A DNA stretch of 63,941 bases, filler included, from Aduncisulcus paluster (lineage: Eukaryota): the NCBI GenBank assembly GCA_024181965.1. It is 14 parts of 14 records of this genome, joined end to end, with 100 filler letters (N's around TTAATTAATTAA, not from the genome) between each part and the next. Parts side by side here need not be neighbours in the genome. Positions count along the whole stretch, not along the records: positions 32,902 to 47,554 come from BQXS01011956.1; positions 47,655 to 49,593 come from BQXS01011957.1; positions 49,694 to 51,910 come from BQXS01011958.1; positions 52,011 to 53,880 come from BQXS01011959.1; positions 53,981 to 55,597 come from BQXS01011960.1; positions 55,698 to 62,470 come from BQXS01011961.1; 8 more parts are not named here. One strand, written 5' to 3'. Both the position numbers and the translations under genes were made by a program. Below are positions 47,070 to 59,149 of the stretch, piece after piece; position 1 is the stretch's first letter, and each line of letters opens with the position of its first letter. A model generated the notes under the pieces. That model made no database searches. It saw only the letters and a program-made list of their open reading frames with translations, and was not told where the DNA came from.

Positions 47070-47554
47070 TCACAAGAACCACTTATGGGTGAGCACTTGC
47101 CTTGCTGTGGGTCTATCACGTGGATGCTCACTCACACATGCGGCACAGATGGAATGCACTTCTGCAGGCATGCACACACCGTCAAGTGCACCGAACACAT
47201 CCTGAACAAGCACACCGAACGAGAACATGTCACTCGCGGGAGAAGGGTGAACTTTCTTCCCATCAAACGCTGGCCTCAACTCGGGAGCCATGAATGCTTG
47301 AGTCCCGACTTTCATCGTCTGGCTAATCAATCGCAGCGTACGCTCTCCACAATCAACAGCTCCCTCGAAGTCGCACAGAAGACCATTGCACGCATCATCG
47401 ATTAGCACATTCTGAGGCTTCAGGTCACAGTGCACAATCCCATGCTCATGCAAGAACGACAGCGCGTGAAGAACACATTTCAACACTTGACGCACATGGC
47501 ACACACTTGGCGACGAAGTGCGCAGCCATGTCGTCATGTCTCCACGAGCGTAAT
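47070..47554 (-). CDS. Protein kinase C-lobe (5' truncated)
   Basis: HCDLKPQNVL, LCDFEG, GTQAFMAPE, SDMFSFGV and RPTARQVLTHKW. Confidence 0.88.
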
Positions 47555-47654
47555 NNNNNNNNNNNNNNNNNNNNNNNNNNNNNNNNNNNNNNNNNNNNTT
47601 AATTAATTAANNNNNNNNNNNNNNNNNNNNNNNNNNNNNNNNNNNNNNNNNNNN

Positions 47655-47959
47655 CGGCTAGGAAAAATAGGATACAATCTATTTCCATTGTAATCAAATG
47701 CAGAACATTCAGGCATCGAGACATATGAACTTTCGATGGATTCTGGGAAGATTACGCGTTTTACATGTTGCTGGAAATATTTGTTCTTAAGTAGCGGCAA
47801 GATAAGCGATACAAGTACATATTCTGTGAAATAAACTCTTGATAAATCAAGACAATCGCTTGAAAATGTGTTTTCAAGGAAAACTGTTAAATTAAGATCA
47901 GGATTATCATCTAAGGATTCAGAATAAAGTTTACGGACGATAGAATGATATTCTTCCAT
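47655..47959 (-). CDS. Hypothetical protein N-terminus (3' truncated)
   Basis: ATG at 47959 (MEEYHSIV...), open to the contig end. Confidence 0.5.
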
Positions 47960-48853
47960 CACAAAACGTGTAGATAGAATACTTTTCACACCAAGGTTGA
48001 TCACGAACAACGAACAAGTTGTTCTAGCATCAAAATAGTCAAATCATACCAATCAATTCCATTTAAAATGATATATGATTGTGAAATGGATAATCATTGT
48101 TTTGAAGTAGGATTATCTCCAATTCTTAAGTCAAAGATGGCCTTTGTAACCCATAATACTTTATTATCGTCATTAATTTATTCTTTTTATTGCTAGTAAT
48201 GACTTAAAAGAGTCTATTCTTTGTGATTTCCCGATCTTTTCTGAGAAATTGAACTTTTTTGAACTTTGATGTTTATCAAAGCCTTTGGAGTTGACAATAC
48301 AAAACGGAAATGACTTAGAATCTCAAGATAATTCATAACTATAACGATTTCAAGGAAGTCATACAATGATAGAACCTCTTCCATGGAGCTGGAATTTCTG
48401 TTGTACTATACAGTTCTCCCCAATGATTTTTGTCGCCAATTATGAATTTTTGAAAATATCTCTACTTTTATTTTGCCAACGAATGGGAATAATTTCGCAA
48501 AAAAGAAACGAGCCAAAAATTATGGGCAACTTCTTGTTGGTATGTCCTCTGACAAGATGCCAACAAGAATGACCCGGTGTACATACAATGCAAATATTTA
48601 TTCAATATTACCCGATTAGTTTGATCTAAACATCTAGATTCTTAACATTTCAACAACAGTGTCAAAACCAAGTAGAATGACCACAAAGTAAAATATAAAA
48701 TAATTGGACAACCCTATTATGACAAAACAAACCACTGTGTAATACAATTACAAACCAAAAGAACACCAATGATGAAAGAAAAATCGAAAAATCGATCACT
48801 ATTTTGAAAAAAATCACTCCAACAAGAAAAATACAAAATTAATTCCCCAATTA

Positions 48854-49593
48854 TTATCTCAAATATGTATCGTAATCGTCTCCTTCTCGATGAGCTGGAA
48901 GATCTTGCGTATGCTCATCGACCACAACCCCACTAGTCTGTGCATCACTGACCTGCCCTACTTCACCATCCTGCCCTTCGAACGATAGATATTCATCAGT
49001 ATTTCTCGCAATTAAACCACGTTCATCATCATCTCCACCGTCTCCACTATCTCCACTGTCTCCATTCTCCTCTTCATCCCCACTGTCACCCGACTCTGAA
49101 GATGACACTGAATTATACACAGCAACACCTCCACCAGCAAGAGCACCTACTCCAACCACACCAATAACTCCTATCAGAAGTGCATTTGAGCTTTTATCCT
49201 CACATTTCTCACTGTTTTCATTCCAATCACATTCCTGATGAAACTGTGAACTATAATTAGAACATCCCTCAGAACTTGAGAATTGGCTACATTTTGTGAT
49301 ATTATCGTAATACCAACCTGCACCATCACATTGGTCTGAATATGGACAAAAAATATCACCATACAAACATTTTCCATTCGAATCCTTGCTGGTAACTGAA
49401 GAACTGGCACACCAACCGCAGAGATTTTCCTTTGCGCAATCATTAGCATTTTTAATCTGAGCACAATTGGTATTATTTTCATATTCCCATCCTTCCGAAC
49501 ACTTTTCAGAAGGCGTTTGCCAGTTTTTCCCACCTTCGATACACATGTTATTATTCTTGATATTGACTGGGATATATGAAGAATAATTATTGC
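48854..49593 (-). CDS. Cys-rich type I membrane protein with PSI-like repeats (5' truncated)
   Basis: CAKENLCGWCAS and CDWNENSEKC, a TM segment ALLIGVIGVVGVGALAGGGVAVY, and an acidic cytoplasmic tail. Confidence 0.75.
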
Positions 49594-49694
49594 NNNNNNN
49601 NNNNNNNNNNNNNNNNNNNNNNNNNNNNNNNNNNNNNTTAATTAATTAANNNNNNNNNNNNNNNNNNNNNNNNNNNNNNNNNNNNNNNNNNNNC

Positions 49695-51910
49695 AAAAAG
49701 GCCTGTGAGCTCGCATTAAAAGCCATGAAACCTGGTACAAGCGGCGGGCTAGATGGTATCAACAGTGACATTTTAATTGCTGCAACACACGAAGACGAAG
49801 ATAAACGGAATATTGTGGATATACTCACCCATGCAATCCGATGGGGCCTCCCAAAAGAGGCCCACCTAGGTGTATCCTCCATGCTGAGGAAGAACGCCAA
49901 GGACAAGAAAGATATGAGTGGATATAGACCAATAATCGTATCCTCCTTGATTACTCGACTGGTATCGAGAGCCTTAACTATCCACCATAAGAAGAAACTC
50001 CAAAAGAGTGTGCCGAATTCACAGGTATGCTTTGGCGTAAGCGATGGGCCACTGAAACATCTTGAGTCCATTGATGCATATTCAAGAGTGGCACTCAAAG
50101 CTGGTAAACCAGCGTATGCATTATCGATGGACGTCGCCAACGCTTTTTCTTCAGTCTCCCAGGAACATGTTGCCAAGGCAATGGAGGAGTGGGAACTCCC
50201 CAATACGATCAAACACTACACAAACAACGCTATGAAACAGACACAGGCTGTTTATTACGACAAGGGTACGGCCCACCTGAAAGAAGTTACATCAGGAGTT
50301 GTTCAGGGTGACCCAATGTCATCGATAATATTCGCGATAACTCTTAGCAAGGAAATGAAAGAATGTGAGAAACGAGTGCAAGTGAGTGAGTGGCTCGACC
50401 AAAGGGAACTGGAAATAAGGCCTATGTTCTGCTTTGCAGATGACGCGTTGATAATAGGCCCAGACCCAGAGAACCTAATTGACGCTGCTAAGAGGTTCGG
50501 GTACGACATCACGAAACTCGGTCTTCACATGAACATATCCAAAACGAAATTGATAGCCCTCAATGAAAAGGCGAAGAAAGGATCATCCTGGTACTGGAAG
50601 ACGAAGGATGAATCGGTACCAGCAGAGAGTGAATCTGGCAACAATGTCGCGAAGCTCAAATCAATCACGTGCGGTGAATACCTGGGCACATATATTGGCA
50701 GTGCGGAGGAAGAAATCGATAGATTGTATGAGAAGAAGCTGAAGGATTTCCTAGACCATACCATCCTCTTGGCGCGGAATTGGTCACCACAACATGTGAT
50801 GCACACTCTCAGGGTATCGCGAATACCAGAGCTAGCTTATGAAATGAGAGTTGGAAGAGTGAAAGTGAAGGCTCTGAAAGACTTTGACGTTGCATTGGCC
50901 GCAACGTTGAAGCGGGAGGGTGTCATACCTCCCATCAAAACACAGTATGTGTTTATGAAAATCAACGATGGAGGCTTGGGCATACCATCTCTCCTACACA
51001 CACGAATGGAAGCACTGAGAAAAGGGGCAAGCGTGTTTCAAGATTACGACGCTCCTTTATTTAACGTTGCGAAGGATGTTCTTGGATCGATTGCATCGCT
51101 TCAGAATGCAGCGGTGAGATGCCTCGAAGGTGGCGCCACCCCTCAACCTGAAGACATACAAGCCCTGATTGATCGTTGGAAGGGGTACCTCGTCACCGAG
51201 CCATCACCTTACAAGATTACAAGGGAACACAATGATGATACGGGATCTTTGGAATCAATCACCGCTCCATCTTACATTGAAGCTGCGAACCGTTGTACTA
51301 ACAATTTCAACAATGTCCTCCTCAAAAATGGTCCGAGGAGAGGGTTTGCATTGAATGCAGGACAGTGGATTAGATTGCTGAGAGAGAGATACAACCGAAG
51401 TCTGGAACCTCGACGACGAGAAGGCGTGAAATGTCCACTCGGATGCAACGAACGAGTCTGCAATGGTCATTTCTCTGCCTGTCGGAAGAATGCCGCATCG
51501 ACCAAATACAAACATGATAGAGTCACGGCCGCAGTCAACAAGGCTCTTCGTTTCACTGGTCATATGACGAACACGGAAGACCTATCCGTGACATTGACAA
51601 CCGAAAACCCCCGGACGATCCCAAGGAGCGACATTACATCAACCAAAACACAAGGCAAAAACGCTGGCTCCTATGTCTTTGACGTGGTGATCACAGGGGG
51701 ATGGAGGGGTAGAGCAGCACCCCAGACAAGACTAGGTCAAGCTGCTATGAGAGAAGCCACAACCAAGTTGAGGAAGTACGATGGACTTAATTTATCATAC
51801 TCATTTGTCCCTCTTGCTTTTGAAACATCTGGTTTGATGGCTCAGGAAACTGCAACTTTCTTTAGAGAGCATTTCTCCTACAGAGTTGCAAGAAGAACCC
51901 TCTTTGAGAT
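49695..51910 (+). mobile_element. Non-LTR retrotransposon ORF: RT + CCHC knuckle + restriction-like endonuclease (CRE-like); intact frame, both ends truncated
   Basis: SGGLDGI, YRPI, MDVANAFSSV, GVVQGDPMS, FADD, YLG and GGLGI; CPLGC..GHFSAC; KHDRV; SD...FDVVI...KLRKY; FVPLAFETSG. Confidence 0.92.
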
Positions 51911-52011
51911 NNNNNNNNNNNNNNNNNNNNNNNNNNNNNNNNNNNNNNNNNNNNTTAATTAATTAANNNNNNNNNNNNNNNNNNNNNNNNNNNNNNNNNN
52001 NNNNNNNNNNC

Positions 52012-53880
52012 ATGTGTATTGATGGATGGTATGGAACCAGCTGCAATAAGGAATGTCCCATCGTGACCCTTGATAATGGCACTGAGGACACGTGCAGTAA
52101 CAGTTCTGGTCAAGGTGTATGCGAATCTGATCATACTTGTGATTGTGATTCCGATTATATTGGTGATGCATGTGAATTTGTTAAGTTTGCTGATTCAGAC
52201 CTTGAGTCTTTCATTTGTAATTTGACCTCGGCGTGCAATGATGATGGTCATATTACCCCCGCCAACCTAGCATCTCTGACAACCCTTGATATTTCCTCAA
52301 AGCTTGGAATCACGAGTGGATCTATCACTGATCTTGGTGGGCTACGCCATGCCACAGGTCTGACAAGATTGACAGCTATCTGTGATGGATCATGCTCCAG
52401 TTTAACCTTCGATCTCTCTGAGTTGGAAAACTTATCCTCATTGGAGTATGTTAATGTAAGTGGGACAAACATGTCTTCGCCTTCTGGTGCAAAACTGGAC
52501 TTTCTCCCGTCATCCGTGAGGACTCTTATCCTCGATGACGTTTCACTCCCCTCGACGACCTCATTGTTATCGGGACTGAGTGTGACCACTTTATCCGTCC
52601 AGAATAACACTTCTTTTGCCCCGACGTCCACTTCCGTGTTTCCTTCCTCTCTTACGTCTCTTGATATCAGTGGTTGCACTTCTATCACAGATCTGGACGT
52701 ACTCCCAACTACTCTAACTGAATTGTATTTTAAAGCAGCGAATTTGACATCAAGTGCGAGTTTTAGTCATTTAACTTCGCTGATGACCTTAGATCTTAGT
52801 AATAACAACCTCTTTGAAATTACCGAGGCAGGATTGTTGCCATCAACATTAATCAAGCTTTTTATGAATCATACTGCACAAACTCTCCTCTATCATCTGT
52901 CATTGAATATTCCAAGTATCATTCAGCTTGATTTGAGTGACAATAATATTTCCGATCCATCACCTCTCTAAAACCTTAACAATTTATCAAAGCTTGATCT
53001 TTCAAATAATCATATTTGTGGGACTAATCTCTCTTCAATTGCCTCATTTCTTCCTTCTTTAGACGTAAATTCTCTCAATACTGGAGGAAACGATTGTTCC
53101 TGTGCTGTTTCTCTTGGATCGATTAATGCTATTAACAATAATAAGGTTTGTCTTGAAACATATCCAAACTCACACACATGGTATGCTGTGTGTGCGAGCG
53201 ATTCGATGACTTCGTACTCTGATGCCTCCACGATCACATGTACACGTGCGACGAATTCTTCCCACTCTTGTATTGGAGGTTGTGCGTATGGTACAGAGTG
53301 TCGATCTGTGTCCAGCACCGATCCGACTGCCGGTGAGTGTGTTGAAGTTCTCTCTGACGATGTCCTTCATTCATGTGTGTCTGCTCTGTTTCCCTCAGGC
53401 TCTGTGCATATCGATTCTCTTGTGTCGCCTGTTCTTCTTAGTGTGGCCTCCCTGAAAACCCTTGTAAGTGTTGATGATGGGACTGGGACTATCTCCCCCT
53501 CTTTGAGCTGCTCTGGTGATACCATCAGTGATCTGGCGGGGATTGAACATTTGACCGAGATCACACACATTGATTTGAGTTCCACCGATATTTCTGATTC
53601 TTCACACTTGGGCTATCTTTCAACGTTATCGAACATCGAGTCCTTAAACCTCAGTGATTGTTCGTTCGCGTCTTTACCAGATTTACATTTACTTGCATCT
53701 CTGACAATGTTAGATGTGAGCTCAACCAATATATCCTTGCCCTCCGCGACGGCCACCTCTGCCCTCCTTCCCGCCAATATCGTTGAGTTCTATGCATCCT
53801 CTACCTCCATCGGGAATTCTGGTTTTTCGGCCCACATTGCCTCACATCTGTCCAAGCTGACAAAGTTGGATCTTTCTAAC
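52012..53880 (+). pseudogene. LRR + EGF-like Cys-rich protein fragment with one in-frame TAA (pseudogene or base error)
   Basis: ORFs 52012-52971 and 53188-53880 are in the same frame. Reading through the TAA at 52969-52971 gives ISDPSPL*NLNNLSKLDLSNNHICG, collinear with ISDPSPLFLLSSTLTTLDLSGNNVCG in contig 2. Confidence 0.75.
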
Positions 53881-54453
53881 NNNNNNNNNNNNNNNNNNNN
53901 NNNNNNNNNNNNNNNNNNNNNNNNTTAATTAATTAANNNNNNNNNNNNNNNNNNNNNNNNNNNNNNNNNNNNNNNNNNNNTCTGTTATTTTCTTTTAAAA
54001 ACTATGTCAAGGCCCTCACAAAATGTGGAGATACGATATCACCTGTAGAGACTCTGGTTACTTGGGAGATTAAAATAGTGATATTTTTTTGAATGGATAT
54101 AAAGAAAAGAAACCCCTATGGGGTAGCAACTTATTTACGATGAGTTTTCCCTTGGATAATTGCGTGTTCCCAAGATATTTAACATCTTAGAAAATGTTAA
54201 AAAAACTTATGAAAAGGAGGGAGGAAAAAGGGAAGTGTTATTGTTTGTTATCGTTTTTACATGTATTTCTCATGTTCTATTTATAGATTATATTGCTCCG
54301 ATTTACTTTAATAAATTGTACCAAGTGTAATATTCCTGGAAAATAAAATTCTTGTGGTGAGCACAATTTACTATAATATGTTACTCTCTTCAATACTTGT
54401 CACGTCATTCTTATGACAAGGCTGTAGTCTTCCTTACAGACTTTCATAAAATT

Positions 54454-54526
54454 ACACAAGGTGGGGTTTGAACCCACAACCAGGCAATCACCAAGGTGAC
54501 GCCTTAACGATTAGACTATAACAAGC
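54454..54526 (-). ncRNA. tRNA-derived element (pseudo-tRNA or SINE-like head), no usable anticodon
   Basis: Minus strand reads GCTTGTTA TA GTCT-AATCGTTA-AGGC G TCACC-TT-GGTGA TTGCCTGGTT GTGGG-TTCAAAC-CCCAC CTTGTGT. The D and T arms and A/B boxes are present, the anticodon loop is collapsed, and the acceptor stem does not pair. Confidence 0.65.
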
Positions 54527-55264
54527 TAATCGTACAAAATAATATCTTTGGGCCATAACATCCTTCCCTTTTTCCTTTTAAGACTCAATAACTCCTGGAA
54601 ACAGGAAGCTTAACTTAACAAAACATAATAGAACAATAACGTTATCCATAATAATATCATTATAACCAGTATATACAATTATTATATACTAGTTCACAAG
54701 ATGATCCATTCTCAACAATTAAGACCCTCACAACAATTTCAATCAACAATTAATACACTAACAGTTCAGTACTAATCCTACATGAAATATGAGTCTCCAA
54801 CTCGAAGGTTTCAAAACTAACTTTTCGAACACCTTCTGACGAACTCTAATTTTCGATCCAGCGAATAAAAAATAAAAACAATATTATTACTATGGAGTTC
54901 CTCCACTAGGCTCAAGGAAATACAAAAAACATTTCTAAAGAAATTAAAGATGCAAACAAAACAAGGGTTTTGAGTCCACCTCAAATGCAACTAAAAAGAC
55001 GATTCTCAAAAACTTAATAGACAAAATAAAAGTAATATAATTAAGAGATTAATTTTCCAATCTCAGAAACTCATTCCAACAACAAAGCGTCAACAATTAC
55101 CAACTCACAATTTCCTTCCATACAGAGAACCCCTTACAGGTTCACAACATAATACCGCGCGATCAACAGCACTATCAACAAGACATACGAATATAAAATA
55201 AAAATATTTTTTCCTTAACAAAACAAAACAAATTTTTTCTCCAGTCTTCTCCTCTGTAATAATC

Positions 55265-55310
55265 ATGATCTAATTATAGATCTGCTTCTCAATGATCTAA
55301 TTATAGATCT
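55265..55310 (+). repeat. Direct repeat of a quasi-palindromic 19-mer upstream of a gag-like ORF
   Basis: ATGATCTAATTATAGATCT at 55265-55283 and 55292-55310. Confidence 0.8.
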
Positions 55311-55376
55311 TTACTTTAATAAATTTGCTCACTATAAAAGTCAACAAGACATTACAATATTAATATTGATTGTGTT

Positions 55377-55597
55377 ATGACTACTCCACAACCTACCAAA
55401 GAAAAAGCAACGATTCTCACAGCCGAACGAGGTCCGGACAGCCCCTACTTGGAAGTGCTCACGACTGCTACCTGGGCGAAGTTTATTCGGGAATATCGAC
55501 ATTACCGAAGCTTAGGCGGTAAGAAACTCTGGCCGGAATGTGTTACTGTGACAATACTGGGTGTGGTGAAGGATCTAACAGGCGTCCCCGTTCTCAC
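55377..55597 (+). CDS. Probable retrotransposon gag N-terminus (3' truncated)
   Basis: SPYL...WAKFIREYRHYRSLGGKK resembles the ORF at 62273. The gag assignment is inference. Confidence 0.5.
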
Positions 55598-55697
55598 NNN
55601 NNNNNNNNNNNNNNNNNNNNNNNNNNNNNNNNNNNNNNNNNTTAATTAATTAANNNNNNNNNNNNNNNNNNNNNNNNNNNNNNNNNNNNNNNNNNNN

Positions 55698-57153
55698 AAA
55701 ATAAAGTGGTATCGAAGAAAGCAGAGAAAGTATTGTTGGTAGGCTCGGGAGAGCAGTTATCGGCTGAATTTGAATTTGTAGCACTGGTGGATCTGACAAG
55801 AAGTAATGGAGTTAAGGTGATCCTGGAAGAGAGGTTCTTTGTATTGAAGGGGTTTCCAGTTGAAGAAATATTATCATATCCATTGTTAAAAAGTCTGGGT
55901 CTGATTGACATGGATTTGTGGCTTGAACTCGGGGAGTCGGCCGAAGTTGAAGAAGAAGAGACGGAATTCCTGGAAGGGGAAATTAGTGACCCTGCGTTGG
56001 TCCCTCCATTTGAAATTGAGTTGGTTTCTTCTGACATAGAGTGTTTCCCTCCCAGGAGGATAAAGTCAGCACAAAAGGAAGCAATCATGAAAATGAGACA
56101 AGGTCTAATTCGACCCTCATGCTCCCCAGTTACGTCACCAGTGGTGATAGTACCAAAGAAGACGGGAAAAATTATGCATTGATTATCGTCGAGTGAATGA
56201 AAAAACCAAAGATCTGGCATTCCTACTGCCGAGACCGGAGGATATTATAGCTCTCTTGGCGGGTCATATGTATTTTACCAGTATTGATTTATCGTCTGGG
56301 TATCATTAGTTCAGTATCAAACCTGAATCGCGTTTTCTTACGTTTGTAACGCCGTGGGGGATTTATGAATGGCAGAGACTACCATTTGGATTAAAATGTG
56401 CCCCTTCTTTCTTTCAGATGATTATGACAAGTGTGGTTGATAGATGATATCCACGAGATGCTATTGTATTTGGATATTCAGGTCTACGGGTTGCAGGTGT
56501 CGAAGCCAGATGTGGTAACAAAAGATTAAGACCTCCCTCTAAACACCAAGGACAGGGTGCGTCATAGGAATGAACACAAAGATTTTGGTTAAGTTGTTTT
56601 CCATCGGCGATAATTCTTAAAAGATAACCAGCAATCCAAATGATATCAGTTATCATGGAACGGGAAGTGAAATTCTCCCAGACGAGGATGACATGTTGTT
56701 CATGCTGAAGGATCCACAAGTTTCGGCATCTATTCAAGAGGAAATCAATAAGGTTCTACTATCGATCCTGACTTTGAGGAAGCTGAAGTTGTTGTGAGCT
56801 CTCACCAGAGGTATGGGATTCACCCTACCTGAGGGAGGATGCAAGTTAGCACCTCTGAAAATTGAACTGACGGATGATACAAAAGACATCATGGCACCTA
56901 CGTCTTGAAGAAGAGAACGAGATCGGGAGGGAAAACATATGCATACATGATGGGTCCGTACAAAGTAGTAGAGAAGTTAGGAGCCAGACTGTATATGTTA
57001 CAAAGCATTGTGAACACAGACAATGAGTTCATATTGATGATATATTCTCGTTTGAATTAGACAGCAAGAAGGATTTCGAGGAAATTCGAGCACTAGCTGG
57101 GATTACAGATGGACTCTGATAGAAGAAGTTATAGCTCACAAACGCATCCAAGG
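55698..57153 (+). mobile_element. Decayed Ty3/gypsy pol (protease end, RT, integrase GPY and chromodomain remnants)
   Basis: GLIRPSCSPVTSPVVIVPKK, FTSIDLSSGYH*, YEWQRLPFGLKCAPSFFQ (~56365-56420), MGPYKVVEKL (~56950) and IEEVIAHK (~57120), with multiple stops and frameshifts. Confidence 0.85.
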
Positions 57154-57647
57154 TGTTACGGTCTTGCCGGTTCTAGCCGAGCTATCGGCCCCTTCATAAC
57201 AATAAATGTTCCTTACCATACAATTCTACAGACATACAACACAAGGAAGTTTGTGACTTAAGATTAAGTGGCGTGGATTCACAACGACCGCGAGACGTGG
57301 TGATGATTCCCAGAACTCCTATTCCCAGCGCGAATCCACCTGGTGGCCAACCTCAGATGACGATCTGGGGCTCTGCCCTATCAACAGAAGCAGATTTAGC
57401 TGCTCTTACAAGAAAAATGAACAACAAATAACCACTCTCGCATCATCTGTCGAAAAGCTTATGAAGAAGATGGAGACAATGGTACAACATAACGATTCTT
57501 TGAGACAAGAACAGATTAGAATTAGAGAAGATATAATATCTTCGTCAAAAGAAATCAGAACGTAGTCTCCATAATATAAAGAACAATATTCCCTAATAGG
57601 GACTTCGAAATGATTGGCAAGGAGACTCCATTCTTGACAAACGATAC

Positions 57648-58025
57648 ATGGCAGCATATAAATTATTATGCCAGAATTTAGATATATATTATTCTATTAT
57701 ATGTTTTTTTCCTGAAGATGAGTTTCATTTGGATCCCAAAAAATTGGAAAAAGGGTTATTCTATGCAAAGATTAATTTAAGTGATATTCAAATGTGTCAA
57801 TTAAGAGAATATTGTGATGATGTTGAAGCTGGAATGCCAATGGATTTAACAAAGGACTATCCCCACCTATTTCCAATAGCCTCAATATTGAGGACCATTC
57901 CTCTTAGTCGCCCCGCCATTGAAAGATTTTTTAGTGTCATCCAAAGATTTAATTCACCATCTAGGTCCAAACAATCTCTAAACTCTCTTTTCCAGAATGC
58001 AATGTTGAGTTTTAATAAAAGATAA
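57648..58025 (+). mobile_element. hAT transposase C-terminal dimerisation domain remnant
   Basis: YPHLFPIASILRTIPLSRPAIERFFS matches the hATC pattern P.L..A...L.IP.S....ER.FS. Confidence 0.8.
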
Positions 58026-58596
58026 AACTGGGTATAATTTCACCATTAAAGCGATTTAAATGAAAATATTATACATACCAATATATAAAATTAAAATATA
58101 TCATATTCATTAATAAACTCTAGACAAAGAAAAAAGAAAAATAGCCAACTCAAAAAAAATAAGAATTTCAAGTTCATTTTCAAAGCTGAAAAAAATTAAA
58201 TGTCGTTTTAATTTGGATTATGATAATATTCATTTCAATTCTTGGTTTATTATTTGGTTGTAGCATTTCCAAAAACCGGGAACGGTTGGTGTGTATTATG
58301 ATGAAAATGACTAAAAAATGAAATTTACTTAAATTATAGAAATCTATTTGTCTCATACAAAGACATAATTACAACATGATCAAATAAAACAATGAGATAA
58401 AATTAGGGACATATACATATTGGTGGGTATTACGCATATTACACATTAATACAATAAATATCTGGCTAAAATATTATTTTACACTGGAGATATGGTATAT
58501 TGAAATCGATTTATTAAATAAGGGGGCGATATATTATGTCGAGACCGATACAATAAATGAGGGGGGGCAAATGTTTGTGACTCGATACAATAATTA

Positions 58597-59050
58597 ATGA
58601 CTGAACAAAGTGGTCGAAGACGATTTAGCAGGCTGATAATCCAGGAAATTGATGATGACGAACAAATAGAGATAGAGGCGGCAAGACACCAAGAAGTTTT
58701 ATTATCGCAGCCACTTGAGGAGGAGATTGATGATACCGACTCATTTGGATGCAACGAGTTGATCCTAAGAGATGTTATGGCCGGAAGTGAAAAGGAATTT
58801 ATTACGTTTACGGGATTAAATCGAGAAGAATTTAAATTTGTGGAAAATAGTTGTGCAGATGAATTCGGGCGTAGTACAAGGGGCAGAAGGAAAATTAAAT
58901 CCTAGAGATATTTTACTATGGTGTTGCATGTTTTACGGAGTGGAAAGACTCTTAAAGAGCTGTCAAAATTTTGTCTTTTGAAAGAGGCAGGCTTCGGGCA
59001 AAATGTGCGGTGTGGGATTATCGCAATGGAGCTAAATAGGCTCAGTACGA
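58597..59050 (+). mobile_element. Decayed PIF/Harbinger- or ISL2EU-like transposase N-terminal HTH region
   Basis: FITFTGLNREEF...RGRRKIKS*RYFTMVLHVLRSGKTLKELSKF resembles the HTH that precedes DDE_Tnp_4-type domains; it contains an in-frame stop. Confidence 0.55.
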
Positions 59051-59149
59051 TCTAAATCTCGTGGGCAGTATGTTTTTATTGTTTTTATTGATGATTATCC
59101 ACCTTCATGAAGTTTTGCCAATAAATAAGTTATTTTGTTTCAAGAAATC

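Noticed and set aside
6267..52971. TAA/TAG reassignment (hexamitid-like code) suggested by in-frame stops at 6267 and 52969
   Set aside because: TAA or TAG terminate conserved genes at the expected ends (hydrogenase, OYE, Snf7, cyclin), and long genes lack internal TAR codons.
57154..57201. TGTTA...TAACA as a miniature LTR
   Set aside because: Only 48 bp, with no second copy, PPT or TSD visible.
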